From positions 32,001 through 96,000 of the IMG/VR virus record IMGVR_UViG_3300022752_004330: a DNA stretch of 64,000 bases. One strand, written 5' to 3'. A model generated the notes under the pieces. The model searched no databases, was not told the DNA's origin, and saw only the letters and a program-made list of their open reading frames with translations. The translations under genes were made by a program, and so were the position numbers. Positions 21,701 through 30,032 of this stretch are shown here, one piece after another (the stretch's first letter is position 1; each line of letters opens with the position of its first letter). Origin of the DNA: a virus.

Positions 21701-22341
21701 CTTTTTAATAGCTCATTAACAAAATCTAATAATAATTCATGATGTAACTTCTTATGCCAGCGTTTTACCATGTATTTCTTTCTATACCAGTATTGTTCAC
21801 TTTCCGGATGGCAACCTATTAGGCCTATGTTACCTTGTATTATAGCCATAGGATCATTATTGGCGTATCTTGAAATAACTTCAAATGTTCGTTCGTTTCC
21901 TAGATAAGTACATCCGTCGTAAAAAAACATATCGTAATCTTCATCATACCATTTGATCTGAGCAGTGGTGGCATACGAGCGTTTTACATCTGAATTTGGT
22001 CGTTTTATATATTGCACTACATCGATATCTTCTAATAAATCAAAATACCATGGACCCGCCCAATAGGCACCCATACATATGCCAAGATATTTCCCGCCAT
22101 ATTCAATATACTCAGCCATCATATTACCTTGGCGACGTGTAAAAAAATTATAATGTGTATGACTATCTCCAATACCTCCTGGAAACATTACTGCACTATA
22201 GTCTTTCAAAATTACTTTATTAAACTCTTCTTTGGTGAACAAGTCTATTTTATAATAAGAAGATAATGCTTCTATCATTCCATTGCAACAATCTATGCTA
22301 CATTCTGGATGATGATTAAACAATGCTAGTTTTAATTTCAT
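21697..22341 (-). CDS. Stand-alone BPL_N / class I glutamine amidotransferase-like protein
   Basis: FPGG, GGKYLGICMGAY nucleophile elbow, GCHPE. Confidence 0.78.
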   Translation of the reverse strand: MKLKLALFNHHPECSIDCCNGMIEALSSYYKIDLFTKEEFNKVILKDYSAVMFPGGIGDSHTHYNFFTRRQGNMMAEYIEYGGKYLGICMGAYWAGPWYFDLLEDIDVVQYIKRPNSDVKRSYATTAQIKWYDEDYDMFFYDGCTYLGNERTFEVISRYANNDPMAIIQGNIGLIGCHPESEQYWYRKKYMVKRWHKKLHHELLLDFVNELLKR

Positions 22342-24002
22342 GCGACATCTTCTAATTTAAATTTTTTATGTTTATATACTGTAACATACTCTGTGTTATT
22401 TTTATATCCCAATTTTCCTTCCCCCCATATGATTGGATGTTCATGTAAACTTGTAGCATGTGGTAAAACAACATCTAAATAACGACCATTACCTGTTCCC
22501 AATGTGACGAATGTTATGTACTCTTTTGGTTTAGACTTGAACACACGATAATTAGCTACCAACCCACAAAATTCTACCCGTCCAGGACGGCGTATTTCTT
22601 GACATTGAGGTATAAAACTCTTTGAACGCCAACGACCCATTTTCATTAGGTCCTCAATCTCACCACCTTGCCCTACAGCAGGAACAGCACCCGCTAACTT
22701 TGCTTCTTGCCAATATACCCATCGAGCATATGAACCTTGACAATGTTTTAGAGCAGCACGCCAAAACGCTTCAGGATTATGCGCCTTCTGATAAGCCAAT
22801 GCCCAAATTAATCTACCTAGGTTAATGGCATGAGCTCGACATAAGCCAAAATGACTAAGCTCTCTCAAAGCTAAAAAAACATCATTTTTTCGTGGATGAT
22901 CGCCTATTAATTGCATAAATTCAAACATTTTTTCTTCATTTTTCTTGGCAAAGGCACGTCGCCACATGTCCGCTGTATACTTGTCACAATCTAGTATTTC
23001 AGAAATAAGATCTATGGCATCATCTTCAAATACTATAGTATCTTGGAACCCATCTTTGCTCCAGTCTTGAAAGAATGAAGCCTTGCGGCGACCCTGTGTG
23101 GCCACTGGACGAATTAGGGCAGTGGCCAAGGTGCAGTCACTTTTACTCTTAGGACGAATAGCACGAAACAGACGTTTCATAGCAGGACTTTCGCCCTGTG
23201 TGACTCCTAAGATATCACCACGACACAATAGTTCGCTAGTAGCCTCATCGTGCTCCGGGTAGTCCGACAAAGAACGCTGTTCTATTTCCCATAGTTGACT
23301 CAGCCCACGATTAGCAAGTACGTCTATCTTAAAGTGTTCAAGATCTTCAATTTCATACTTGTCTAGTAATATTTGGTTTTCAGAATTGATTAGGCTTTTA
23401 GGCACAGCACGATCGAAGATCAATATACCACCACAGTGTTTAGAAATACAGCGTTTTTTGCCTAATAGTTTATTGGCTAGTCTTTCAGCATCTTTTACAA
23501 ACTCAGGAACTACTTCTTCTAATTTAAAGTTGCGTTTGAGTTTGCCCTTGGCACCATAGCGTTTTGCTGCTTCGCGTAGTGCGGATTTTTCTTTGTAGGT
23601 CACGTAATTACTAACACGAGCACTTTGCCCTTTCCATTTATTGAATATACGATTCATAACAGTTTCTTGTTGCCAGTGCGGAAAGTCAAGATCTATATCA
23701 GGTAAATCGTCGCGTTTTGGATTCATAAAACGTGCCAGCGGTATGTGTTCTTTAACAGGATCTACATCCGATATTCCCATTAGATAACAGATTAGACTTG
23801 ATCCTGCTGATCCTCTAGTTATATGTGGAATATCACGAGTTAGGTCTAGTATTTCCCTAACCCTAAGAAAGTGTTTGGCAAAACCTAGTTGTGCTATGAG
23901 TTCTAATTCTTCTGTTAGTCTTGTGTTATATTCTTCAGTATCGGGTATTTGCCTGGTAAATTTAGTGATGAGATAATCTAATTCCTTGTATCTTGATTCC
24001 AT
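22338..24002 (-). CDS. dnaE: Compact family-C DNA polymerase (DnaE alpha-like) lacking the PHP domain
   Basis: RGSAGSSLICYLMGISDVDP, RFMNPKR..LPDIDLDF, KHCGG, KIDVL; only 554 aa. Confidence 0.85.
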   Translation of the reverse strand: MESRYKELDYLITKFTRQIPDTEEYNTRLTEELELIAQLGFAKHFLRVREILDLTRDIPHITRGSAGSSLICYLMGISDVDPVKEHIPLARFMNPKRDDLPDIDLDFPHWQQETVMNRIFNKWKGQSARVSNYVTYKEKSALREAAKRYGAKGKLKRNFKLEEVVPEFVKDAERLANKLLGKKRCISKHCGGILIFDRAVPKSLINSENQILLDKYEIEDLEHFKIDVLANRGLSQLWEIEQRSLSDYPEHDEATSELLCRGDILGVTQGESPAMKRLFRAIRPKSKSDCTLATALIRPVATQGRRKASFFQDWSKDGFQDTIVFEDDAIDLISEILDCDKYTADMWRRAFAKKNEEKMFEFMQLIGDHPRKNDVFLALRELSHFGLCRAHAINLGRLIWALAYQKAHNPEAFWRAALKHCQGSYARWVYWQEAKLAGAVPAVGQGGEIEDLMKMGRWRSKSFIPQCQEIRRPGRVEFCGLVANYRVFKSKPKEYITFVTLGTGNGRYLDVVLPHATSLHEHPIIWGEGKLGYKNNTEYVTVYKHKKFKLEDVA

Positions 24003-24099
24003 AAGATGCCTTTATAATTGCCATAATATGGATATTTAAGAAATTAAATTTTGTATTGATGAGTTTTTGGTTACAAATATCATCTATAAAATATTTTAA

Positions 24100-24174
24100 C
24101 AGGATCCGTTTTTGGGATATCAGGACTGCGAACAGTCTCAAAGAAGGCCAAATAATTTTGCTGTAAGGATCCTA
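24100..24174 (-). ncRNA. Structured RNA motif copy A (AGG-N4...CAGCAA family)
   Basis: Minus strand AGGATCC-TT-ACAGCAA ... GACTG-TTCG-CAGTC ... GGATCCTG; same architecture as 48737-48936. Confidence 0.65.
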
Positions 24175-24187
24175 ATTGTATTTAACT

Positions 24188-24556
24188 TTATAAAGTCATC
24201 TTCTGAGCAGCCATGGCTCGTTCTTCATCTGTTAATTCGTAGCATTTAGGCAAACGATTAGGATCTCGTAATAAATCATATTCGGATCTTTTCGTATACG
24301 TCTGTTTAAAATGTCTAAATACCAACCAGGTTACAAATGCCATGCTTACTACTGCTACATGTCCTATTACATTATAGCCAATGAGATAAAGTTCTCCCGC
24401 CCACAAACTAAATGCCACGGCCCAAAAACTTGCCAATAAAATACTGGCAATATATTTGATTTGTGGTGGTGCATCTTTTAGAGCATTTCGATTGGGGTCA
24501 AGAAGTTCGACGAATGCTCGATACACAACGATAATGAATTTAATTAGTCCAAACAT
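24188..24556 (-). CDS. Membrane protein, hypothetical
   Basis: GGAG SD before MFGLIK; two to three hydrophobic helices. Confidence 0.65.
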   Translation of the reverse strand: MFGLIKFIIVVYRAFVELLDPNRNALKDAPPQIKYIASILLASFWAVAFSLWAGELYLIGYNVIGHVAVVSMAFVTWLVFRHFKQTYTKRSEYDLLRDPNRLPKCYELTDEERAMAAQKMTL

Positions 24557-24575
24557 ATTAAGTATCTCCGAAAAA

Positions 24576-24725
24576 TTAGTCTTTAGATTTACCGCAGAGA
24601 TCCGGGTAAAATTGTTCATTACATACATTGGTTACAGCGTAATGTTTGTCTTTAATCCAATAAAGACCTAGGCAGATTAAAATTGGTAGTACAAAGGCTA
24701 CAAATATAGCAATTAAATACTTCAT
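24576..24725 (-). CDS. Small single-TM protein (49 aa; absent from the ORF track)
   Basis: MKYLIAIFVAFVLPILICLGLYWIKDKHYAVTNVCNEQFYPDLCGKSKD, first ORF after a sigma70 promoter. Confidence 0.55.
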   Translation of the reverse strand: MKYLIAIFVAFVLPILICLGLYWIKDKHYAVTNVCNEQFYPDLCGKSKD

Positions 24726-24747
24726 AGTGTGTCAGTCCTAAATAATA

Positions 24748-24776
24748 ATTATATACTATTTAATTAGATAGGTCAA
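24748..24776 (-). promoter_or_regulatory. Sigma70-type promoter
   Basis: TTGACC-17 nt-TATAAT. Confidence 0.7.
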
Positions 24777-24821
24777 TGGTTACTTAAATTTTTTGAATAG
24801 AAATTTACTAGGTAAAAAGTA

Positions 24822-25319
24822 TTAAAATGACCAACCTGAATTATATGTATTCCTAGATGTGGTTGCAAAAAAGTCTACGACAGCATGTAATAAAAACCAA
24901 TCAGCATTATTATTACTTCCGGAAATATTCCAAGTTCTAGGATCTCTAGCAGTAACATCATTTGCTGTTGCCCAATTGTAACCATTAAAGGTTCTTGTTG
25001 TGGTAAAATCAAAAACCACTATGGTAGATCTTCCTGTAAAATCATTTAGGTCTAAAAATTTAGTTCCAGTATTTCCATCTACTAATTTTGGTGGTTCCTC
25101 ATTAACAGGACTACTTCCCCCCGGATTAGTTACCGTAACACCAGACATACTTTGATTAACACCATCAGCTGTGAATACAAACTCCGATGCTTGAGGAAAA
25201 CTATTAGAACCTTGATTTACTCCTCCTCGAATGTTATTAATTTCCCACTTATAATATCTAAAAGGCAACAAGGAAACAGTAACTCCTCCTCTTATAACCA
25301 CTCCTCCTTGAAGTTGCAT
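24822..25319 (-). CDS. Discoidin/F5-8 type C-like carbohydrate-binding protein
   Basis: KLVDGNTGTK, WATAND...RDPRTW.ISGSN motifs. Confidence 0.65.
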   Translation of the reverse strand: MQLQGGVVIRGGVTVSLLPFRYYKWEINNIRGGVNQGSNSFPQASEFVFTADGVNQSMSGVTVTNPGGSSPVNEEPPKLVDGNTGTKFLDLNDFTGRSTIVVFDFTTTRTFNGYNWATANDVTARDPRTWNISGSNNNADWFLLHAVVDFFATTSRNTYNSGWSF

Positions 25320-25332
25320 ATTATAACATCCG

Positions 25333-25965
25333 CTAAACTTTTCCACTGGCAAGAACTATTTGACATATATGTTCTAAGCGTTCTATATGTTCAAAAGCAC
25401 GCCATGGAGTGGTATCTATGCTGACTACACCGTGTCCCTTAATACCCACTATGTCATAGGCAATATTTCCAAACTGATCTAGTTCTAGAGCACGATGACA
25501 ATGATCTGCTAGTTCTTGGCTAATTGGAGCAACATCTCCTACATTAGGTGCTACTTTGGTATAACGGCTTAGTTCAGGAAAATCTTTTACTAGGTCTTGT
25601 AGCACGATACCACGGTGCATGGCTGCTATGGTATAGGTTGGATGTAGATGAACTACCACACGAATATCTTCTGAGTGCTGTCCCATCTCTCTTTGTAGTC
25701 CCCAATGTAAAGGTAATTCTCCACTTGGTTTGAGATTCCCGCTAATGTCATCCTGTTCTATGACTTCAGGATATTCTGTTGTGCCATTATTAGCAATACG
25801 GATTTTTTTAAACATATCGTATTGTAGTTTTTGCTTACGCACACCACTAGGTGTTATATAAAAATGATTACGATCGTGATAGCGTATACTTAGATTACCA
25901 TCTCTACTAGTAATCCAATTACGACGGTATGCTTCTGCTAAAACATCGCAGCAAGTTTCTAACAT
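25333..25965 (-). CDS. Class II aldolase/adducin family protein
   Basis: DGNLS, ITPSG, PSGELPLH, VVHLHP, GHGVV metal-binding motifs. Confidence 0.88.
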   Translation of the reverse strand: MLETCCDVLAEAYRRNWITSRDGNLSIRYHDRNHFYITPSGVRKQKLQYDMFKKIRIANNGTTEYPEVIEQDDISGNLKPSGELPLHWGLQREMGQHSEDIRVVVHLHPTYTIAAMHRGIVLQDLVKDFPELSRYTKVAPNVGDVAPISQELADHCHRALELDQFGNIAYDIVGIKGHGVVSIDTTPWRAFEHIERLEHICQIVLASGKV

Positions 25966-25984
25966 AAATTATCCTTGATGTACT

Positions 25985-27109
25985 TTAATATAATCGCTCA
26001 ATGCTGATAAAATTCTTTGAATAACCAGGGCCGATCATCAAAGTTATTCTGTAAAAACGATTGTTTGTAACATCGTTTACTAGATATTGACTACCATCAC
26101 CAGCATTTGGAAAATTATATCCAAACCAGGATCCGCTGGGAGTTGTAGTATATGTAGCAGCACTGGTCGTTGCGTTGCCACCTACACCATTTACATAACC
26201 GAACGTGGCACTAATATGAGCTTGAAATGATCCCGAAACAGCGGCTACACTTAATCCCCTATTACCTGATGTAGTAACCGTGGCCTTAATATTGTCTAAT
26301 GTAACAAACTGTCCTGCATCTACATAGTTAGAGATTGATTTAAAATCTGATACTGTAGGTATTATATAAATGAATGTGCCTGGGGGTTCACCTTGAGTTA
26401 GTGTTCCCGTATGTGTCCAACTGCTGGCAGGATCTGTAGATACAGTATAATGTGATCCATTACTCCAGGTCCCAAAATATCCATATAGTGTATAACTGGT
26501 TAGAGAATTTTGTATAACTTTAAAAATAGATGGGGCAGAAACATTGCTACCTAAAGCAGTATTTCTACTGGCAGATCCGTCACCGTAAAATCCATTTTTA
26601 TTTGATTGACCATTTGAAGTTTTAAAATATAACTCTGTCACTTGATTTTGAGAGAATTCTGTGTTGTAGCCACAGTGAGCAACTATTCTCATATAAAGAG
26701 TAGTTCCCTCATTAACCGTAGTCCAAGTTCCTAAATTCACATAGGATGCACTGCCTCCTGTTTGTGGAATATTAAAACTTGTAGAACCTCCTGAATCTCC
26801 CTTTGGTCCAGTATCGCCTTTAGGTCCTTGAGCACCAGTATCGCCTTTAGGTCCTTGAGCACCAGTATCCCCCTTAGGTCCTTGAGCACCAGGTAGTCCA
26901 TCCTTGCCAGCAGGTCCCGGCTCACCTTTCTCTCCTCTAGGTCCCATGTCACCCTGTGGCCCAGGTGTTCCATCTTTTCCATTCTCTCCACGATCGCCTT
27001 TAGGGCCTACCTCTCCCTTTATAACTGTTGTGTTATTAGAATCTAAACCGGTAAGCTCGCCTAGAATTGCCTTTAATTGTTCTTTTCTATAATTTATTAA
27101 AGTACTCAT
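25985..27109 (-). CDS. Collagen-like repeat protein (tail fibre-related)
   Basis: GPKGD(T/R)G repeats then a beta-rich C-terminal domain. Confidence 0.72.
   Translation of the reverse strand: MSTLINYRKEQLKAILGELTGLDSNNTTVIKGEVGPKGDRGENGKDGTPGPQGDMGPRGEKGEPGPAGKDGLPGAQGPKGDTGAQGPKGDTGAQGPKGDTGPKGDSGGSTSFNIPQTGGSASYVNLGTWTTVNEGTTLYMRIVAHCGYNTEFSQNQVTELYFKTSNGQSNKNGFYGDGSASRNTALGSNVSAPSIFKVIQNSLTSYTLYGYFGTWSNGSHYTVSTDPASSWTHTGTLTQGEPPGTFIYIIPTVSDFKSISNYVDAGQFVTLDNIKATVTTSGNRGLSVAAVSGSFQAHISATFGYVNGVGGNATTSAATYTTTPSGSWFGYNFPNAGDGSQYLVNDVTNNRFYRITLMIGPGYSKNFISIERLY
26808..26892. repeat. 27-bp tandem repeat, about 3 copies (GAQGPKGDT)
   Basis: ccagtatcgcctttaggtccttgagca repeated within the collagen gene. 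Confidence 0.8.
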
Positions 27110-27483
27110 TCGTATAATCTCCACTCTTCACCATTATAAAACACACCAATGCTATCATTGTTTAAACTTACCGTAATGTAAGGAGTCCCTAATATTGTAT
27201 TACCGTTTCCATCTAAGATTAAATTATTGGTAGAAAAAGTTCCAAAGGCATCTAAGAAAAATATAGCATCTCCAATAGATGGAATTTCCGGTAAAGTAGC
27301 GGTTATTTTTTGACTTCTACTGTCTACTCCATACCTTTTTCCGGACATAGCATTAAAGTTGTCTGATTTAATGTCAAACCCAGGTTCTAAATGAGACTTA
27401 GAATTTAATCTCTGTAATACTTCATCATGAGTACCGGAGGTTGAATCTATAAACGGAGTAAAAACAAAAGTTGTTTGTGTCAT
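27106..27483 (-). CDS. Tail-fibre-associated small protein
   Basis: YGVDS....ITATLP..P..GD.I.F.D..GTF.TNNL...GNG..I.G module seen in T4-like fibres. Confidence 0.55.
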   Translation of the reverse strand: MTQTTFVFTPFIDSTSGTHDEVLQRLNSKSHLEPGFDIKSDNFNAMSGKRYGVDSRSQKITATLPEIPSIGDAIFFLDAFGTFSTNNLILDGNGNTILGTPYITVSLNNDSIGVFYNGEEWRLYE

Positions 27484-27530
27484 AGAAATTTCCTAATATT
27501 AAATTATAATATTATTTAAACATTTTTATT

Positions 27531-27845
27531 TTATTTTTCAATCTTAACTCTAACCGAAAACTCGCTATTTTCACTGGCACTTAATACACACCCTTGATTA
27601 TTTTTGTATTCAATTATAGTCCATGCAGTAGTTTTTTCATTATAAAGTAAAACTACATTATTACCTTCGTCGTTATTCCTACCTCTCCAAATCGGAGTTT
27701 CTCCATATTTAGGGTCGCTGAGTTGTTTTAGTACCGAAGTAAAATCCGAAAAACAAACAACTGGTTTAGAAAAAAGATTTTGCCCGTATGTACTATCAGA
27801 CAAAAATATACACATGGTTATAGTTAGAATTTTTATTATTTTCAT
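27531..27845 (-). CDS. Secreted hypothetical protein
   Basis: N-terminal signal-like segment; KPVVC...WTIIE...GCVL. Confidence 0.6.
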   Translation of the reverse strand: MKIIKILTITMCIFLSDSTYGQNLFSKPVVCFSDFTSVLKQLSDPKYGETPIWRGRNNDEGNNVVLLYNEKTTAWTIIEYKNNQGCVLSASENSEFSVRVKIEK

Positions 27846-28627
27846 TATAAATTGTACCTACCTCTAAAGGCGTCATAGTTTTGAATTATTTCATTATCAG
27901 TTAATGCTCGATCATATAAAAGAAAAACGCCAAACCTACCAATAAATCTTCCAACTCCCCAATTTACAGCGGTGTTGGCTAATCCTATTTTTGCAGGTGC
28001 ATCAGTTGTACTACTGACATATGCACCAAAAGTGCTTACAGATGAAAATACGCCGTTAGTAAACATTGTAACTGTTGCACCGGACTGTCGCATGCCTATA
28101 AATTGCCAACGATTAGCTGTATCTTGTAAACCTGAACTATTTCCTGCTACAGAATTATTTGCCGCAAACATCGTATAGGGATTTCCCGTATATGCATTTC
28201 CTGGTGTCCCCCCATTGGCATTAATTATGCGCCAACCATTAAAATACCCTGTACCTGTTCCATGAATTATATAACTATCTCCGGAATTATTTCCACCAAC
28301 GCCGAAATTCGTTATGAAATAAGAACAACATAATGAAAAATTTCTACTACTTCCTAGTGAGTTATAATCTATTCCAGAACTCAATTGTATATATTGGTAC
28401 GATGAACCGTCTATTGTAAATGTTCTTTCCGCAGAATTATAGGTCGGAGAATTTACCAAGCTTGCAGTTCTATTATTACCACTGAGATCAAACCAACTTG
28501 TTCCAGACCCAGGATAACTGGTTGAATTGGCAGCATCTAAATACGTTATTAAATTAGAAACTACTGGAGACGGTGGTGCAAGGATATTTATAGGACCGAA
28601 AAAATTTACACCACCGGATATGTTCAT
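27845..28627 (-). CDS. LamG/ConA-like domain protein
   Basis: LDAANSTSYPGSGTSWFDLSGN...YDRALT..EI.QNY.A.RGRY. Confidence 0.8.
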   Translation of the reverse strand: MNISGGVNFFGPINILAPPSPVVSNLITYLDAANSTSYPGSGTSWFDLSGNNRTASLVNSPTYNSAERTFTIDGSSYQYIQLSSGIDYNSLGSSRNFSLCCSYFITNFGVGGNNSGDSYIIHGTGTGYFNGWRIINANGGTPGNAYTGNPYTMFAANNSVAGNSSGLQDTANRWQFIGMRQSGATVTMFTNGVFSSVSTFGAYVSSTTDAPAKIGLANTAVNWGVGRFIGRFGVFLLYDRALTDNEIIQNYDAFRGRYNL

Positions 28628-28656
28628 ATATTTTAAAATCAGTATAATAAATGTAT

Positions 28657-28890
28657 TTAATGTTTTGTGGTAAACCTCGAGATTAACATTTCTCTCATCA
28701 TTTCTAATTCGTCTTTTGATTTTACAATTATTTTAGAATCTAGATCTTCATCATCTTCCCAAAAATGTTTAGGAAAACGTAAGAAAAGGTAAATGTCTCT
28801 CCATGTAGTAGTTACACCTTGGTCAAAACACAACTCAATCACACGAAATATACTATAACTTATTATTTGGTGCAATTGGTTTTCGTTCAT
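28657..28890 (-). CDS. Hypothetical protein
   Basis: 77-aa ORF. Confidence 0.5.
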   Translation of the reverse strand: MNENQLHQIISYSIFRVIELCFDQGVTTTWRDIYLFLRFPKHFWEDDEDLDSKIIVKSKDELEMMREMLISRFTTKH

Positions 28891-29011
28891 TTTCTTTTTC
28901 TATCTTATCTACAGGATTTTGTGATTGCGACTGATTAATGGGAAATTTTTTGTCCCTAATAAAGCTAGGAGGAAGTGGTTCAGGTCTACGTTTAGATCTG
29001 AACCATGTCAT
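28853..29011 (-). CDS. Small hypothetical protein (52 aa; absent from the ORF track)
   Basis: MTWFRSKRRPEPLPPSFIRDKK...; fills an otherwise empty gap. Confidence 0.4.
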   Translation of the reverse strand: MTWFRSKRRPEPLPPSFIRDKKFPINQSQSQNPVDKIEKENERKPIAPNNKL

Positions 29012-29054
29012 ATTTAACTAACCTTTGAAAGTATATCATAGATTAATATACTTA

Positions 29055-30029
29055 TCATTTGTTTGCCAAAGGATTATCTAGAGCTTTTTTCAAATCCTCA
29101 TTAATCTTTTTATCTAGAGCCTTCATTCTTGCATCTATTTCTTTGTTATTAGCAGCTATGGCCTTGGTATTTTCAGCAGACATACGATTCATTTCTTTAG
29201 TTGCATTGTTCAGAGCAAGGTCGGCTTGTTTTTGAATATTCCTTACATCAGCCTTGACCTCTTGTACGGTCTTATCTATTTCTCTTTGCTGACTCTTATT
29301 ACTGCTTTCTACTCCTTCTACTACCTTATCCAATCTACGTATGTCATTCTTAAGATCGTTCTTTATATCTCTTGTATACTCTGCTGTTTTGTCCGATCCT
29401 TCTTGCACGGCTTTGAGAGTTTTATTCATGCTTTCTTCAGTCTTGGCCATGTTTTCTTCAATCACTGTGATTCGCTTGTCATAGGTTGAAAGATCGGGAG
29501 CTACATATTTGGCAATTTTCTCCTTCATATCTATATAGCCTTTGTAAACTTCGAAAGCACCATACATACCACCAATAGCAGAACTCAATGCAGCAGCGGC
29601 AATTCCTATTTTGGCCGGCGTAAATTCAATACCGGCCACGGTCCACACTCTGTTTTTATCAGTTAGTTTTTTAATTTCATCTACTTTTTTATCTAAATTT
29701 ATAGTAGCAGGCTTCTCACCGGTAGATGGTACGGCTGTTTGAGTTGTTGAGTTAGCAGGTTTGGTTGTTTGAACAGTTGAAGTTTTTTTAGGTAACGTTT
29801 TTTTACTTTTCGAAGCAGTTGCCTTTTTTCCTTTGACAGCCTTTTTTGTCTTTCCTTTATTAGCCAAGGCCGCAGCTCCAAGAGCACCTGCTGCTAGTAA
29901 GGCTGCATTTGAGCCTTCTTCAGTCTGTTCTTCTTCAGTCTGTTCTTCTTCAGTCTGTTCTTCTTCAGTCTGCTGCTCTTCGTTATTTTCTTCAGGTTTT
30001 TCTTCTGTTTCATCTTTGTCTTTAGACAT
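29055..30029 (-). CDS. Membrane-anchored coiled-coil protein
   Basis: Acidic EEQTE repeats, a hydrophobic AAAALSSAIGGMYG helix, a long heptad-rich C-terminus ending ALDNPLA. Confidence 0.7.
   Translation of the reverse strand: MSKDKDETEEKPEENNEEQQTEEEQTEEEQTEEEQTEEGSNAALLAAGALGAAALANKGKTKKAVKGKKATASKSKKTLPKKTSTVQTTKPANSTTQTAVPSTGEKPATINLDKKVDEIKKLTDKNRVWTVAGIEFTPAKIGIAAAALSSAIGGMYGAFEVYKGYIDMKEKIAKYVAPDLSTYDKRITVIEENMAKTEESMNKTLKAVQEGSDKTAEYTRDIKNDLKNDIRRLDKVVEGVESSNKSQQREIDKTVQEVKADVRNIQKQADLALNNATKEMNRMSAENTKAIAANNKEIDARMKALDKKINEDLKKALDNPLANK
29917..29976. repeat. 15-bp tandem repeat, about 4 copies (EEQTE)
   Basis: ttcttcagtctgttc repeated. Confidence 0.8.
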
Positions 30030-30032
30030 TTT

